A stretch of DNA of 64,000 bases from an uncultured Eubacteriales bacterium (GCA_948512295.1 CAOQRA010000002.1:25877-89876); one strand, 5' to 3'; positions 30,927 through 40,804 are shown, numbered from the stretch's first letter. Notes: generated by a model not told the origin, from the sequence alone. Made by a program: numbers and translations.

Positions 30927-32018
30927 ATGAGAAAAATTTTGACAAGTGAAAGTGTGAACATTGGGCATCCGGATAAGACATGCGACTGCATTGCAGATGC
31001 CTTTTTGGACGAAGCACTCAAACAAGATCCAAACGCACAAATGGCAGTGGAGTGTGCAATCAAAGATGATTTGCTTATGATTTATGGAGAATCGACAACA
31101 ACAGCAAAGATTGACTATTCAGCAATCGCAAATGAGATTTTGAAAGAAGTTGGCTATACAAAGCCATTTAGAATCATCACACAGATAAGCGAGCAAAGTC
31201 CGGATATTCACCAAGCAGTTGTGAAAGAAGAACTGAGAGCAAACGACCAAGGAATTGTCTATGGTTACGCATGCAACGAAACAAAAGAGCTGATGCCAAT
31301 GCCAATTATAATTGCACACAAACTTATGAAAAGATATGAAGAATTCAGAAAGAGAAGAGTAGACTTTTTTGCGGATGCCAAAAGCCAAGTCAGCATTGAA
31401 TATGGCGAAGATGAACAACCAAATGGAATTGCGACAGTGCTTGTATCTGCAAGCCACGCAGAGAATTTGACAAAGGAAGAAGTTCGCAACATAATTGCGG
31501 AAGAAGTCATCGCACCGGTTATTGCTGAATACGCAGACCTTATCACAGCTGAAACTGAACTCATCGTCAATCCAAGTGGAAAGTTTACTATATGGGGAAG
31601 CTATGGCGACAGCGGTTGCGTTGGAAGAAAAATTGTTGTTGATACCTATGGCGGAATCGGCAGAGTGGGCGGCGGTTGTTTCTCAAGCAAGAATGCAACA
31701 AAGGTTGACCGCAGCGGAGCATACTATGCAAGGTTTGTAGCCAAGAACATTGTGGCAAATGGATATGCTGACAAGTGCGAAATCCAAGTTGCATACGGCA
31801 TCGGACTTGCAGAGCCAATCTCGGTCAATATTGAAACATTCGGAACAAACAAGAAACCGCAACAAGAAATTGAAAACTATGTGGAAAAGAACTTTGATTT
31901 CAGACCAGCGATCATCATCAAGGAACTTGGCTTGCTGAAACCTATATACAAACAAACAGCATGCTATGGACATTTCGGCAGAGAAGAGTTCCCATGGGAA
32001 CAAATAAAGAAAGACTAG
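30927..32018 (+). CDS. metK: S-adenosylmethionine synthetase (prophage-encoded)
   Basis: SESVNIGHPDKTCDCIADAFLDEAL, NDQGIVYGYA, DAKSQVSIEY, GGGCFSSKNATKVDRSGAYYARFVAKNIV. Confidence 0.9.
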   Translation: MRKILTSESVNIGHPDKTCDCIADAFLDEALKQDPNAQMAVECAIKDDLLMIYGESTTTAKIDYSAIANEILKEVGYTKPFRIITQISEQSPDIHQAVVKEELRANDQGIVYGYACNETKELMPMPIIIAHKLMKRYEEFRKRRVDFFADAKSQVSIEYGEDEQPNGIATVLVSASHAENLTKEEVRNIIAEEVIAPVIAEYADLITAETELIVNPSGKFTIWGSYGDSGCVGRKIVVDTYGGIGRVGGGCFSSKNATKVDRSGAYYARFVAKNIVANGYADKCEIQVAYGIGLAEPISVNIETFGTNKKPQQEIENYVEKNFDFRPAIIIKELGLLKPIYKQTACYGHFGREEFPWEQIKKD

Positions 32019-32036
32019 GAAATCCTAGTCTTTTTT
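32012..32036. terminator. Bidirectional terminator between metK and the antisense gene
   Basis: AGACTAGG-aaat-CCTAGTCT with A-run/T-run flanks. Overlaps both stop codons. Confidence 0.75.
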
Positions 32037-32478
32037 ATGCGTATCCAAATTTTATTGCAGTTTGTTGCCATTCATTGCCAGAGAATTCAAAAGCTCTCAT
32101 TGTGGTGGGTGAATAATAGGCAAGGTAAAGTTTTTTGAATTTATTAATAGATTCGGCAAAGTCACATTGAAGCTGTGAAAGCGTTTTTATTTCCTTCAAA
32201 AATTTATTATACTCGCTTTCATTTGGGTAGTCTTCGTCAAGTTGATAATTGACTAAAATACCATCTTGGGCTTCAAAAGAAACGCAAGAGTTGTTTTGAT
32301 ATTTTTTGAAATCTTGGGCATGAAACTCATCCAAGACGGACTGAACTTTGTTTTCAATTTCATCAATGGATAAAACATTATTTGCAAAAACAAAGGCTAT
32401 AAAGGTTACACCATCAGAAACAAGTTCTTCATCGCTTTTATACTTGTAGATTTCATTTGCACAAGAGATAATTTTCAT
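32035..32478 (-). CDS. Hypothetical protein (the only minus-strand gene in the late region)
   Basis: 147-160 aa ORF. Start ambiguous (ATG 32478 or TTG 32517); no clear RBS. Confidence 0.5.
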   Translation of the reverse strand: MKIISCANEIYKYKSDEELVSDGVTFIAFVFANNVLSIDEIENKVQSVLDEFHAQDFKKYQNNSCVSFEAQDGILVNYQLDEDYPNESEYNKFLKEIKTLSQLQCDFAESINKFKKLYLAYYSPTTMRAFEFSGNEWQQTAIKFGYA

Positions 32479-32531
32479 ATTAAAGATTATAGAATAAACA
32501 GACAAAAAACCAACCAAAAAGGAGAAAAAAG

Positions 32532-33896
32532 TTGAAATTTCAAAAATTCAAAGTTGAAGAATTAAAACCGGCAACATACAATCCAAGAAAGGAACTGAAA
32601 CCGGGAGATACAGAGTTTGAAAAACTACGAAAGAGTATTGAAGAGTTTGGCTATGTTGAGCCAATAATTGTGAACATAAGGAACATGACAGTTGTTGGCG
32701 GACATCAAAGACTTGGAGTTATGAAACACCTTGGAATAACCGAAGTAGACTGCGTTGTTGTTGACATTGATGACAACAAAGAGAAAGCACTCAATGTCGC
32801 ACTAAACAAAATAAGCGGCGAGTGTGATGATGAGAAATTGGCGGACTTGCTCAAGGAATTACAATTGAGTGGATACGACACATCGTTGACTGGTTTCGAA
32901 ATAAGGGAAATTGACGAATTATTCAGTGGCACGGTTTATGATGTAAAAGAAGATAACTTTGACACAGAACAAGAACTAGGGCAAATTGACAAGCCTTTCA
33001 CGCAACAGGGCGACCTTTGGCATCTCGGCAGACATAAACTCCTTTGTGGCGATTCGACCGCAGAAGGCGATATTTCAAGGCTTTTTGAAGACAAGGTCGC
33101 AGACTTGGTTGTGACAGATCCACCATATAATATTGACTATGGCACAGCAGAGCAAGATAGAAACGAATATAGGGGAATTGAAAGAGCCGAAAGGTCAATC
33201 CTAAATGACAATATGAGCGATGAATCATTCCACCAATTCTTGCTAAACTTTTACAAGAACACCTACAGCAAGACTAAGGGTGGCGGTGTCATTTATGTTT
33301 TCCACAGCACAAAAGAATCTGTGAACTTCATAAAGGCTCTGAGAGAAGCTGGCTACAAACTCAGTCAAACACTTATATGGGTGAAAGACCATTTCACACT
33401 TGGTCGCTCAGATTACCAATGGCAATTTGAACCAATCCTATATGGTTGGAGAGAAGACAAACCGCATTATTTCATCCATGACCGTACACAGTCAAGTGTA
33501 TTTGAAAATAAGGAAGAGTTGGCAAAGAAAAAGAAAGAAGAACTGCTAAAAATTCTCAATGAGATTTACGAGCATTATCCAAGCGACATTGTTCGTGATA
33601 GCAAACCCTTAAGAAACGCAGAGCATCCAACGATGAAACCTATCACTCTTTGTGCGAAACTTATTCAAAACAGCAGTAGGGAGCAAGAAATCGTATATGA
33701 TGCGTTCGCCGGAAGCGGTTCGACACTTATGGCTTGCCAACAGATGAACCGAACTTCATATAACATTGAACTGGCAGAAAACTATTGCGATGTCATTGTA
33801 AAGCGATATGCAAAGATGTTTGGAGATGAAGAAATCTACTTGGAGAGAGATGGCAAAAGGCAACCTTTAAGACTGACAAAATTGAGCATAGAATAG
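32532..33896 (+). CDS. ParB-like nuclease domain fused to an N6-adenine/N4-cytosine DNA methyltransferase
   Basis: ParB-N (ELKPATYNPRK, VVGGHQRL). MTase motif IV DPPYNIDY and motif I FAGSGSTLMA (beta-class order). TTG start after AGGAG. Confidence 0.85.
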   Translation: MKFQKFKVEELKPATYNPRKELKPGDTEFEKLRKSIEEFGYVEPIIVNIRNMTVVGGHQRLGVMKHLGITEVDCVVVDIDDNKEKALNVALNKISGECDDEKLADLLKELQLSGYDTSLTGFEIREIDELFSGTVYDVKEDNFDTEQELGQIDKPFTQQGDLWHLGRHKLLCGDSTAEGDISRLFEDKVADLVVTDPPYNIDYGTAEQDRNEYRGIERAERSILNDNMSDESFHQFLLNFYKNTYSKTKGGGVIYVFHSTKESVNFIKALREAGYKLSQTLIWVKDHFTLGRSDYQWQFEPILYGWREDKPHYFIHDRTQSSVFENKEELAKKKKEELLKILNEIYEHYPSDIVRDSKPLRNAEHPTMKPITLCAKLIQNSSREQEIVYDAFAGSGSTLMACQQMNRTSYNIELAENYCDVIVKRYAKMFGDEEIYLERDGKRQPLRLTKLSIE

Positions 33897-33924
33897 AGTC
33901 AGAAATTCTTTGAGTTTCTTTGAG

Positions 33925-33955
33925 TTTTCTCTGGACTTCATTGTTCCTTTGCGGC
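33925..33955 (+). promoter_or_regulatory. Conserved cassette-boundary element, copy 2
   Basis: TTTTCTCTGGACTT-N9-TTTGCGGC, 55 nt upstream of ATG 34010. Confidence 0.5.
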
Positions 33956-34009
33956 ATACTGTGCTTGCGAAAAAGGTAAATGATACCCTAAGCATAAAAG
34001 GAGAAAATA

Positions 34010-34168
34010 ATGAACAAATGTGTGATATGTAAAAAAGAGATAACTGGCTACGGCAATAACGCAGCACCAGTCAGAAAGGGAAGATGCTGTGATAATTGCA
34101 ACGCAACAGTTGTACTGCCAATGAGAATTGCACTCATGGGAACGAATTGGAGGGCGGAATGGAAGTAA
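34010..34168 (+). CDS. 52-aa zinc-ribbon protein (not in the ORF track)
   Basis: AAGGAG RBS 8 nt upstream. Hand translation: MNKCVICKKEITGYGNNAAPVRKGRCCDNCNATVVLPMRIALMGTNWRAEWK. Its stop overlaps the next start. Confidence 0.45.
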   Translation: MNKCVICKKEITGYGNNAAPVRKGRCCDNCNATVVLPMRIALMGTNWRAEWK

Positions 34169-34563
34169 AAGTAAAAGAAAAACAAATAACTGAAAAATAC
34201 ATTGAAATTAAAGTTGAGAAAGAAGACCTTGACAAGATTGATGAAATCATTGAAAAGGTTAAACATAAAGCAATGAGAATTTACAATCCATATCTATTGG
34301 GCAAGTTGAATGAAATTCCAAAGGAACTCAGTCCAACTGCAAAACTTTACATGCTCAGTCGATGGGTAGAAATTATCTCAAACAGCATAAACACAAATGA
34401 GATTCGAGAAAATGGGAAACAAGAACTATTCTTATACTATTACAAAAATGATCCATTTTTTGCAATTGATTACCATAAAACATTAGATATGATGGAAAAA
34501 TTATGTAAGCATACCAAACACGCAGTAAAATATGAATTAGAAAAATGGAAAGCGAAGAAATAG
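34159..34563 (+). CDS. Hypothetical protein
   Basis: MEVKVKEKQ... start after a GGAGGG RBS is preferred over the track start at 34096. Confidence 0.55.
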   Translation: MEVKVKEKQITEKYIEIKVEKEDLDKIDEIIEKVKHKAMRIYNPYLLGKLNEIPKELSPTAKLYMLSRWVEIISNSINTNEIRENGKQELFLYYYKNDPFFAIDYHKTLDMMEKLCKHTKHAVKYELEKWKAKK

Positions 34564-36143
34564 CACCTATATGGAGAGCGACAGTGAATGAAATTGAAAG
34601 TAAAGGAAAGGCCATGGCAGAAAGAGCTGTGGCTTTTATCAATTCCTTAAAACATACTAAGGGTGTGTGGCATGGCAAGAATTTTGAATTGTTGCCGTGG
34701 CAAGAGAAAATTGTGAGAGATGTTTTTGGAACATTGAAACCCAACGGATACCGCCAATACAATACAGCCTATGTTGAAATTCCAAAGAAACAAGGCAAAT
34801 CAGAATTGGCAGCCGCGGTTGCATTATATCTTACATGCGGAGATGGAGAGTATGGTGCAGAGGTCTATGGTTGTGCTTCTGACCGACAACAAGCATCAAT
34901 TGTATTTGATGTTGCGTGCGGGATGATAGAACAATGCCCAGCACTAAAAAAGAGATGCAAGATAATGGCGAGCCAAAAAAGAATTGTTTATTTGCCACTC
35001 AATTCGTTCTATCAAGTTCTATCGGCGGAATCCTACACCAAGCATGGATTAAATGTGCATGGCGTTATATTTGACGAATTGCACGCACAACCTAACCGTG
35101 CCTTATATGATGTTATGTTGCACGGTTCTGGTGATGCAAGAAAGCAACCATTGTATTTTTTAATTACAACTGCTGGAACAGACCGCAATTCAATTTGCTG
35201 GGAGGTCCACCAAAAAGCAGATGACATCTTGAATGGCAGAAAGATAGACAAGTCGTTCTATCCGGTTGTGTATGGGGCGGCGGACGATGATGACTGGTCA
35301 AGCGAAGAAGTTTGGAAAAAGGCAAATCCAAGTCTTGGAATAACAGTTGACATTGATAAACTGAAAACAGCGTACAACTCAGCCAAGGATAATCCGGCAG
35401 AAGAGAACCTATTCCGGCAGCTCCGCTTGAATCAATGGGTGAAAACAAGTGTTCGTTGGATGCCACTTGACAAATGGGATGCATGCAACTTCCAAGTTAT
35501 TCCGGAAAGGCTAAAGGGCAGAGTTTGCTATGGCGGACTAGACCTAAGTAGCACAACAGACATAACAGCATTTGTGTTGGTGTTCCCACCGGAAGATGAA
35601 GACGGCAAATTTGAAATACTGCCGTTTTTTTGGTTGCCGGAAGACACACTTGAATTACGAGTTCGGCGCGACCATGTGCCTTATGACATTTGGAAGAAGA
35701 AAGGACTCGTCATGACGACAGAGGGCAATGTTGTTCATTATGGGGCAATCGAGCATTTCATCGAAGAGTTGGGGTTGGTTTACAACATAAAGGAAATTGT
35801 CTTCGATAGGTGGGGAGCGACACACTTGGTACAAGACCTTGAAGAAATGGGATTCACGGTTGTAGCATTTGGTCAAGGTTTCAAGGACATGTCGCCACCA
35901 ACCAAAGAACTCATGAGATTGACTTTGGAACAAAAACTTGCACACGGCGGAAATGAAGTGCTTCGCTGGATGATGGACAATGTCTACATCAGAACCGATC
36001 CAGCTGGAAACATAAAGATGGATAAGGAAAAGTCGACAGAAAAAATTGATGGTGCAATTGCACTTGTCATGGCACTGAGTCGTGCTTTGAATGCAAAGCC
36101 AACAGACAGTGTCTACAACAACCGTGGAATTTTAATTTTATAA
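34545..36143 (+). CDS. terL: Terminase large subunit
   Basis: Terminase_1-type layout: FELLPWQEKIVRDVFG, Walker-like VEIPKKQGKSELAA, nuclease half with DKEKSTEKIDGAIAL. Confidence 0.9.
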   Translation: MESEEIAPIWRATVNEIESKGKAMAERAVAFINSLKHTKGVWHGKNFELLPWQEKIVRDVFGTLKPNGYRQYNTAYVEIPKKQGKSELAAAVALYLTCGDGEYGAEVYGCASDRQQASIVFDVACGMIEQCPALKKRCKIMASQKRIVYLPLNSFYQVLSAESYTKHGLNVHGVIFDELHAQPNRALYDVMLHGSGDARKQPLYFLITTAGTDRNSICWEVHQKADDILNGRKIDKSFYPVVYGAADDDDWSSEEVWKKANPSLGITVDIDKLKTAYNSAKDNPAEENLFRQLRLNQWVKTSVRWMPLDKWDACNFQVIPERLKGRVCYGGLDLSSTTDITAFVLVFPPEDEDGKFEILPFFWLPEDTLELRVRRDHVPYDIWKKKGLVMTTEGNVVHYGAIEHFIEELGLVYNIKEIVFDRWGATHLVQDLEEMGFTVVAFGQGFKDMSPPTKELMRLTLEQKLAHGGNEVLRWMMDNVYIRTDPAGNIKMDKEKSTEKIDGAIALVMALSRALNAKPTDSVYNNRGILIL

Positions 36144-36152
36144 GGAGAGCCT

Positions 36153-37385
36153 ATGGGAATGTTTAATTGGCGAAGAAGCCGAGATCATCCACAAAAGAGA
36201 AGTCAAAAAATGGAAGATTTTGTGAAAGGTGTTGACCTAGACACTGGACAGAGCAACAGCGGAATTTCAGTTGACGAAGAAACTGCGTTGAAGATTTCTG
36301 CAGTTTATGCTTGCGTGAAAGTGATAAGCGAAACAGTTGCAAGTCTGCCGTTGAATTTACTGAAAGAAGAAACAAACGGTGATTTGGTTAAAGCCAAACA
36401 GCATCCGCTCTACGCAGTTTTGCACGATGAACCAAATAACGAAATGAGCAGTTTCACATTCCGTGAAATGCTTATGACAAACTTGCTTTTGTGGGGAAAT
36501 GCCTATGCCTTAATAAAGAGAGATAGGAGCGGACATGTAACAGAGTTGATTCCATTAAAGGCCAAAAACATGGATGTCGAACGAAATGCAAATGGTCAAA
36601 TTGTTTACAAGTACACATCAGACAACATAAACAATGCCACAACCAAAACCTACACGGCAAGGCAACTGCTACACATTCCAGCCTTCACATTTGACGGCGT
36701 AGTTGGAATAAGTCCGATTACCTATGCCAGAGAAGCTATGGGGTTGGCACTTGCAACAGAAGAGTTCGGTGCAAGGTTTTTTGGAAACGGAGCAAGACCG
36801 GGTGGAGTGCTGGAGCATCCCGGCGTTGTAAAAGATCCGGAAAGACTGAGAGAGTCGTGGAATCGTGTCTATCAAGGAACCAAGAACAGCCACAAAGTTG
36901 CAGTCTTGGAAGAGGGCATGAAGTACCATGAAATTGGCATGAGTCCGGAAGATAGTCAATTTTTGCAAACAAGGGCATTTCAAATCACTGAAATTTGCAG
37001 AATATTCCGTGTTCCACCTCATATGATTGGTGATTTGTCAAGAAGCACATTCTCAAACATAGAGCATCAAAGCATTGATTTCGTGGTGCATACAATCAGA
37101 CCTTGGCTTGTTCGTTGGGAGCAAGCGATACAACGCAGTTGCTTGACAGAAGAAGAAAAGACAATCTACTGTGCAAGGTTTAAGGTTGACGGTTTGATGC
37201 GTGGAGATTTCAACAGCAGAATGCAAGGATATGCAACCGCAAGGCAAAATGGCTGGCTATCTGCAAATGAAATCCGAGAACTTGAAGACATGAACAAGAT
37301 TCCAGCAGACAAGGGTGGCGATGATTATTTGGTAAACGGAAACATGACACCAATTAGAAACAATAAGGAGAATCAAGATGGATAA
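36153..37385 (+). CDS. Portal protein (HK97 family)
   Basis: Size, position after terL, and motifs (LLLWGNAY, PGGVLEHPG, EDSQFLQTR). Confidence 0.9.
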   Translation: MGMFNWRRSRDHPQKRSQKMEDFVKGVDLDTGQSNSGISVDEETALKISAVYACVKVISETVASLPLNLLKEETNGDLVKAKQHPLYAVLHDEPNNEMSSFTFREMLMTNLLLWGNAYALIKRDRSGHVTELIPLKAKNMDVERNANGQIVYKYTSDNINNATTKTYTARQLLHIPAFTFDGVVGISPITYAREAMGLALATEEFGARFFGNGARPGGVLEHPGVVKDPERLRESWNRVYQGTKNSHKVAVLEEGMKYHEIGMSPEDSQFLQTRAFQITEICRIFRVPPHMIGDLSRSTFSNIEHQSIDFVVHTIRPWLVRWEQAIQRSCLTEEEKTIYCARFKVDGLMRGDFNSRMQGYATARQNGWLSANEIRELEDMNKIPADKGGDDYLVNGNMTPIRNNKENQDG

Positions 37386-38007
37386 GAATTTGGAAAGGCG
37401 TAGCATCACCATGAAAGAACTACGCATTGACACCGGTCAAGAAGGTGAAAACAAAGCACCTCAAATTGTGGGCTATGCTTCCGTTTTTGATACATGGAGT
37501 CAAGAACTGGGTGGAGCGTTCCCATTTAGAGAGAAAGTTCTGCCGGGAGCATTTGCAGAAACAATCGCACATGATGACATTCGTGCATTGTTTAATCATG
37601 ATCCAAACTATGTGCTAGGCAGAAACAAAGCCGGCACATTGGAACTTGCAGAAGATGAAAAAGGGTTGCTGGTGAAAATAACACCGCCAGATACACAATG
37701 GGCAAAGGACTTGCTCGTGAGTATTGGTCGTGGCGATATCACACAAATGAGTTTTGGTTTTATTGTTCTTGATGACATTTGGCAAGAGTCAGATGGCATG
37801 AACATAAGGGAACTTATAAAGGTGAAATTATTTGATGTCAGTCCGGTAACATTCCCAGCATACACGCAGACCGAATGCAATATAAGGTCGGCAGAAGAAG
37901 TCTATAAGATAAGACAAAAATCAAGAGAGAGCGACAACGAAAAGCGTGTCGCTTTTTTACTGCTTAAGAAAAGAAAATTTGAGTTAATGAAAGGAGATTT
38001 GAAATGA
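37378..38007 (+). CDS. Prohead serine protease (HK97 / S78 family)
   Basis: IVGYASVFD...FREKVLPGAF...HD...VLGR pattern. Lies between portal and capsid. Confidence 0.85.
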   Translation: MDKNLERRSITMKELRIDTGQEGENKAPQIVGYASVFDTWSQELGGAFPFREKVLPGAFAETIAHDDIRALFNHDPNYVLGRNKAGTLELAEDEKGLLVKITPPDTQWAKDLLVSIGRGDITQMSFGFIVLDDIWQESDGMNIRELIKVKLFDVSPVTFPAYTQTECNIRSAEEVYKIRQKSRESDNEKRVAFLLLKKRKFELMKGDLK

Positions 38008-39314
38008 AATCAATTAAAGAATTGAAAGCAAGAAGAGAAGATTGCAGATTAAAGGCTGTATCAATCATTGAAAAGGCAGAAAAGGAAGACAGATTCCTTA
38101 CAGAAGAAGAGAACAGAGAACTCACCAAACTAGAAAATGAAATTCGTGGCTGGGATACACAAATCATTCGCCTTGAAGTTTTCAAAGAAGACAAAGCAGA
38201 CGATGAAAAGAAACCAGCACCAGCAGACGAAGAAGAGAAGCCAACAAATCCGGAAACACCAAAGGAAGAAGTTGGAAAAGACAATGAAAGAAAATTCCGT
38301 TCCCTCGGCGAACAGATGATGGCTGTCTACCGTGCAAGTCAACCGGGAGCAAGAGTTGACGCAAGACTTACCACAAGAAGTGCCAGCGGACTCAACGAAA
38401 CAAATCCAACAGACGGTGGATTTCTTGTGCAGAAAGACTTTGTTGGAGATTTGTTAAAAAGAGCATATGAAACTGGAATCCTTGCCAGCAAGGTCAAGAA
38501 AATTCCACTTTCAACAAATGCAAATGGAATCAAAATCAATGCACTTGACGAAGAGAGCAGAGCAAACGGTGCAAGATGGGGCGGCATCCAAACTTACTGG
38601 GAGAGCGAAGCTGACCAAATCACTGGAAGTAAACCAAAATTCCGTCAAATGGATTTGTCGCTCAAGAAACTTACTGGTCTTTGCTATGTGACAGATGAAT
38701 TGCTCCAAGATAGTGCAGCCCTTGAAAATGTCATCAGAGAAGGATTTGCAGAAGAGTTTGGTTTCAAACTTGATGATGCAATTTTGAGTGGAACTGGCGC
38801 TGGACAACCACTTGGAATTTTGAAGAGCGGGTCACTTGTGAAAGTTGAGAAAGAACAAGGACAGACAGACAAAATCACAGTTGAAAACTTGGTGAAAATG
38901 TGGTCAAGACTTTGGAGCAGAAGCCGTGCAAATTCTGTATGGTATATAAATCCGGAAATTGAGCCGTTGCTTTACACTTTGAAAGTCGGTGATCGTCCGG
39001 TTTATATTCCAGCCGGTGGATTAAGCGAACAGCCATATGGAACATTGTTCGGCAGACCAGTTATCACTCTTGAACAATGCAGTGAAGTCGGAGAAATTGG
39101 CGACATCATCCTTGCTGACATTGGGCAATACTTGCTCATTGACAAAGGCGGAATTAATGCAACATCATCAATCCATGTTCGTTTCCTTTATGACGAAAAT
39201 GTGTTCCGCTTCATTTACAGAGTGGATGGACAACCAGTATGGTCAAAGGCATTACAACCATACAAGGGCAGTGCAACAGTATCACCATTCGTTGCACTCG
39301 CAAAAAGAAATTAA
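38004..39314 (+). CDS. Major capsid protein (HK97 fold) with an N-terminal delta/scaffold domain
   Basis: Coiled-coil N-terminus followed by a capsid core (GGFLVQKDF, LTGLCYVTDELLQDS). Position fits. Confidence 0.9.
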   Translation: MKSIKELKARREDCRLKAVSIIEKAEKEDRFLTEEENRELTKLENEIRGWDTQIIRLEVFKEDKADDEKKPAPADEEEKPTNPETPKEEVGKDNERKFRSLGEQMMAVYRASQPGARVDARLTTRSASGLNETNPTDGGFLVQKDFVGDLLKRAYETGILASKVKKIPLSTNANGIKINALDEESRANGARWGGIQTYWESEADQITGSKPKFRQMDLSLKKLTGLCYVTDELLQDSAALENVIREGFAEEFGFKLDDAILSGTGAGQPLGILKSGSLVKVEKEQGQTDKITVENLVKMWSRLWSRSRANSVWYINPEIEPLLYTLKVGDRPVYIPAGGLSEQPYGTLFGRPVITLEQCSEVGEIGDIILADIGQYLLIDKGGINATSSIHVRFLYDENVFRFIYRVDGQPVWSKALQPYKGSATVSPFVALAKRN

Positions 39315-39332
39315 AAATAAGGAGATAAGGTT

Positions 39333-39704
39333 ATGAGCCAAAATTTAAAAGAGAAAGTTGACATCTTGGCAGATGCCGGCAAAATTTTTGCAAAAGAAGT
39401 TGAAACAAAAGGAATTAAACTTGACAACTATCAATCTGCAAAAGTTTGCATTAAAACCAGCGATGGTGCAGAGCAGAAAACAACTGCAAGAGTGATTGCA
39501 GTTTTGCAAGACGGAAGTGAAATTGAGATTAAAAATCAAGAAATAACAATTGGCAAACTCACAGAAACGACAATCAATGTTGTTGCGAATGAAATTGCAC
39601 ATCATGATGCAGTTGAATTCAAAATCAAAATTGATGCCATAGAGGGTTGTACACTTCTTGGCTCAATCACTGCGGTGCTTGGAGAACCAAGATATTCAGA
39701 ATAA
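39333..39704 (+). CDS. Hypothetical head-associated protein
   Basis: AGGAG RBS. Lies between the capsid and connector genes. Confidence 0.55.
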   Translation: MSQNLKEKVDILADAGKIFAKEVETKGIKLDNYQSAKVCIKTSDGAEQKTTARVIAVLQDGSEIEIKNQEITIGKLTETTINVVANEIAHHDAVEFKIKIDAIEGCTLLGSITAVLGEPRYSE

Positions 39705-39723
39705 ACAAGAAAGGGGGGCAAAC

Positions 39724-39996
39724 ATGCCAACGATTGAAGAAATTAAAATTTACCTTGGCATAGATGGGAGTCACAATGACTCCCTTATTGCCGACTTTTT
39801 GAAAACAGCGAAAGAGATAGTCGAAAAGGTTCTTCGATATGAAATTGAAAACCTTGAGCCAATGCCAGTTGTGATTAAAGAAGCTGTGAAATATGCCGTT
39901 GGATACCTTTATTCAAATAGAGAAACGGCAGATTTTTTGATGCTTGAAAAAACAATCGCAATCATTCTGTCTCACCTTAGAAAAGAGGGGTTTTGA
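39724..39996 (+). CDS. Head-tail connector protein (gp6-like)
   Basis: MPTIEEIKIYLGIDGSHNDSLIADFLKTAKE is the typical gp6-like N-terminus. GGGGGG RBS. Confidence 0.8.
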   Translation: MPTIEEIKIYLGIDGSHNDSLIADFLKTAKEIVEKVLRYEIENLEPMPVVIKEAVKYAVGYLYSNRETADFLMLEKTIAIILSHLRKEGF

Positions 39997-40382
39997 TGGA
40001 AAATAAAAGAAAAGAAGTAAAAGACAAAAAGGTCAGGGTTTTTCGCCTAAAAAACACCGAATTTGACGGCTTTGAGCGAGTGGTGAAGAACTACATCCAC
40101 TCGGAAGAAAGTGGCGGTTTGTGGGCGTATGTAAGGCATTTGTCGGAGCGTGAGATTTTCACGGCAAAATCAGTCCAAATGGAAGAAACAATTCAATTCA
40201 GAATTGCATACAGCCCAAAGCTCACAAGCGACTTGCTTTTGGAATTTGGAAACAAGACATACCAAATCGTTTCGATAGATCCATACGAATTCAACAAAAC
40301 CGATTTGGTTATAAAGGCGGACGAAATAGCACCGCCAATTTTTGACGAAATCGTTTGGGAGAATTATGATGACCAATATTGA
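39993..40382 (+). CDS. Head-tail adaptor / head closure protein
   Basis: Position, plus the LWAYVRHLSEREIFTAKSVQMEETIQFRI pattern of SPP1 gp16-like adaptors. Confidence 0.7.
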   Translation: MMENKRKEVKDKKVRVFRLKNTEFDGFERVVKNYIHSEESGGLWAYVRHLSEREIFTAKSVQMEETIQFRIAYSPKLTSDLLLEFGNKTYQIVSIDPYEFNKTDLVIKADEIAPPIFDEIVWENYDDQY

Positions 40383-40791
40383 AGCAAGAAAAAGAGCAAG
40401 AAAAGACATTCGACAATCGCTGACAGATGCCGGACTTGTTGAAGGAATAACACTAACCGATGCACAACTTGCTGAAGAAACAAGGACGTGCTATTGGCAT
40501 GGGGTGGTGAGAAATGAAAAAGCCAAAGCAAAAGACAACTATTTGACTTATTACATTCCAACCAGCGATGTTGTTTCCAGAGCAGACAATCAAGCCTTCT
40601 TACGAGAAGTCGCAATTGCAATTGATGTCTTCTCAAAACGCAGCTTTGACAGCGAGAATAACATAAAACTGTTAGAAGACCTTGAAAATCAATTCATAAA
40701 AGACGGATATGAATTGGAGTTTGCTGACGAATTTTTCGAAAGCGAAACTTCACTTTTTCATTATCCGATAACCATATTCAAAATTTATTAA
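40366..40791 (+). CDS. Hypothetical neck/tail-terminator-position protein
   Basis: Position only. Confidence 0.5.
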   Translation: MMTNIEARKRARKDIRQSLTDAGLVEGITLTDAQLAEETRTCYWHGVVRNEKAKAKDNYLTYYIPTSDVVSRADNQAFLREVAIAIDVFSKRSFDSENNIKLLEDLENQFIKDGYELEFADEFFESETSLFHYPITIFKIY

Positions 40792-40804
40792 AGGAGAATA
40801 AATT

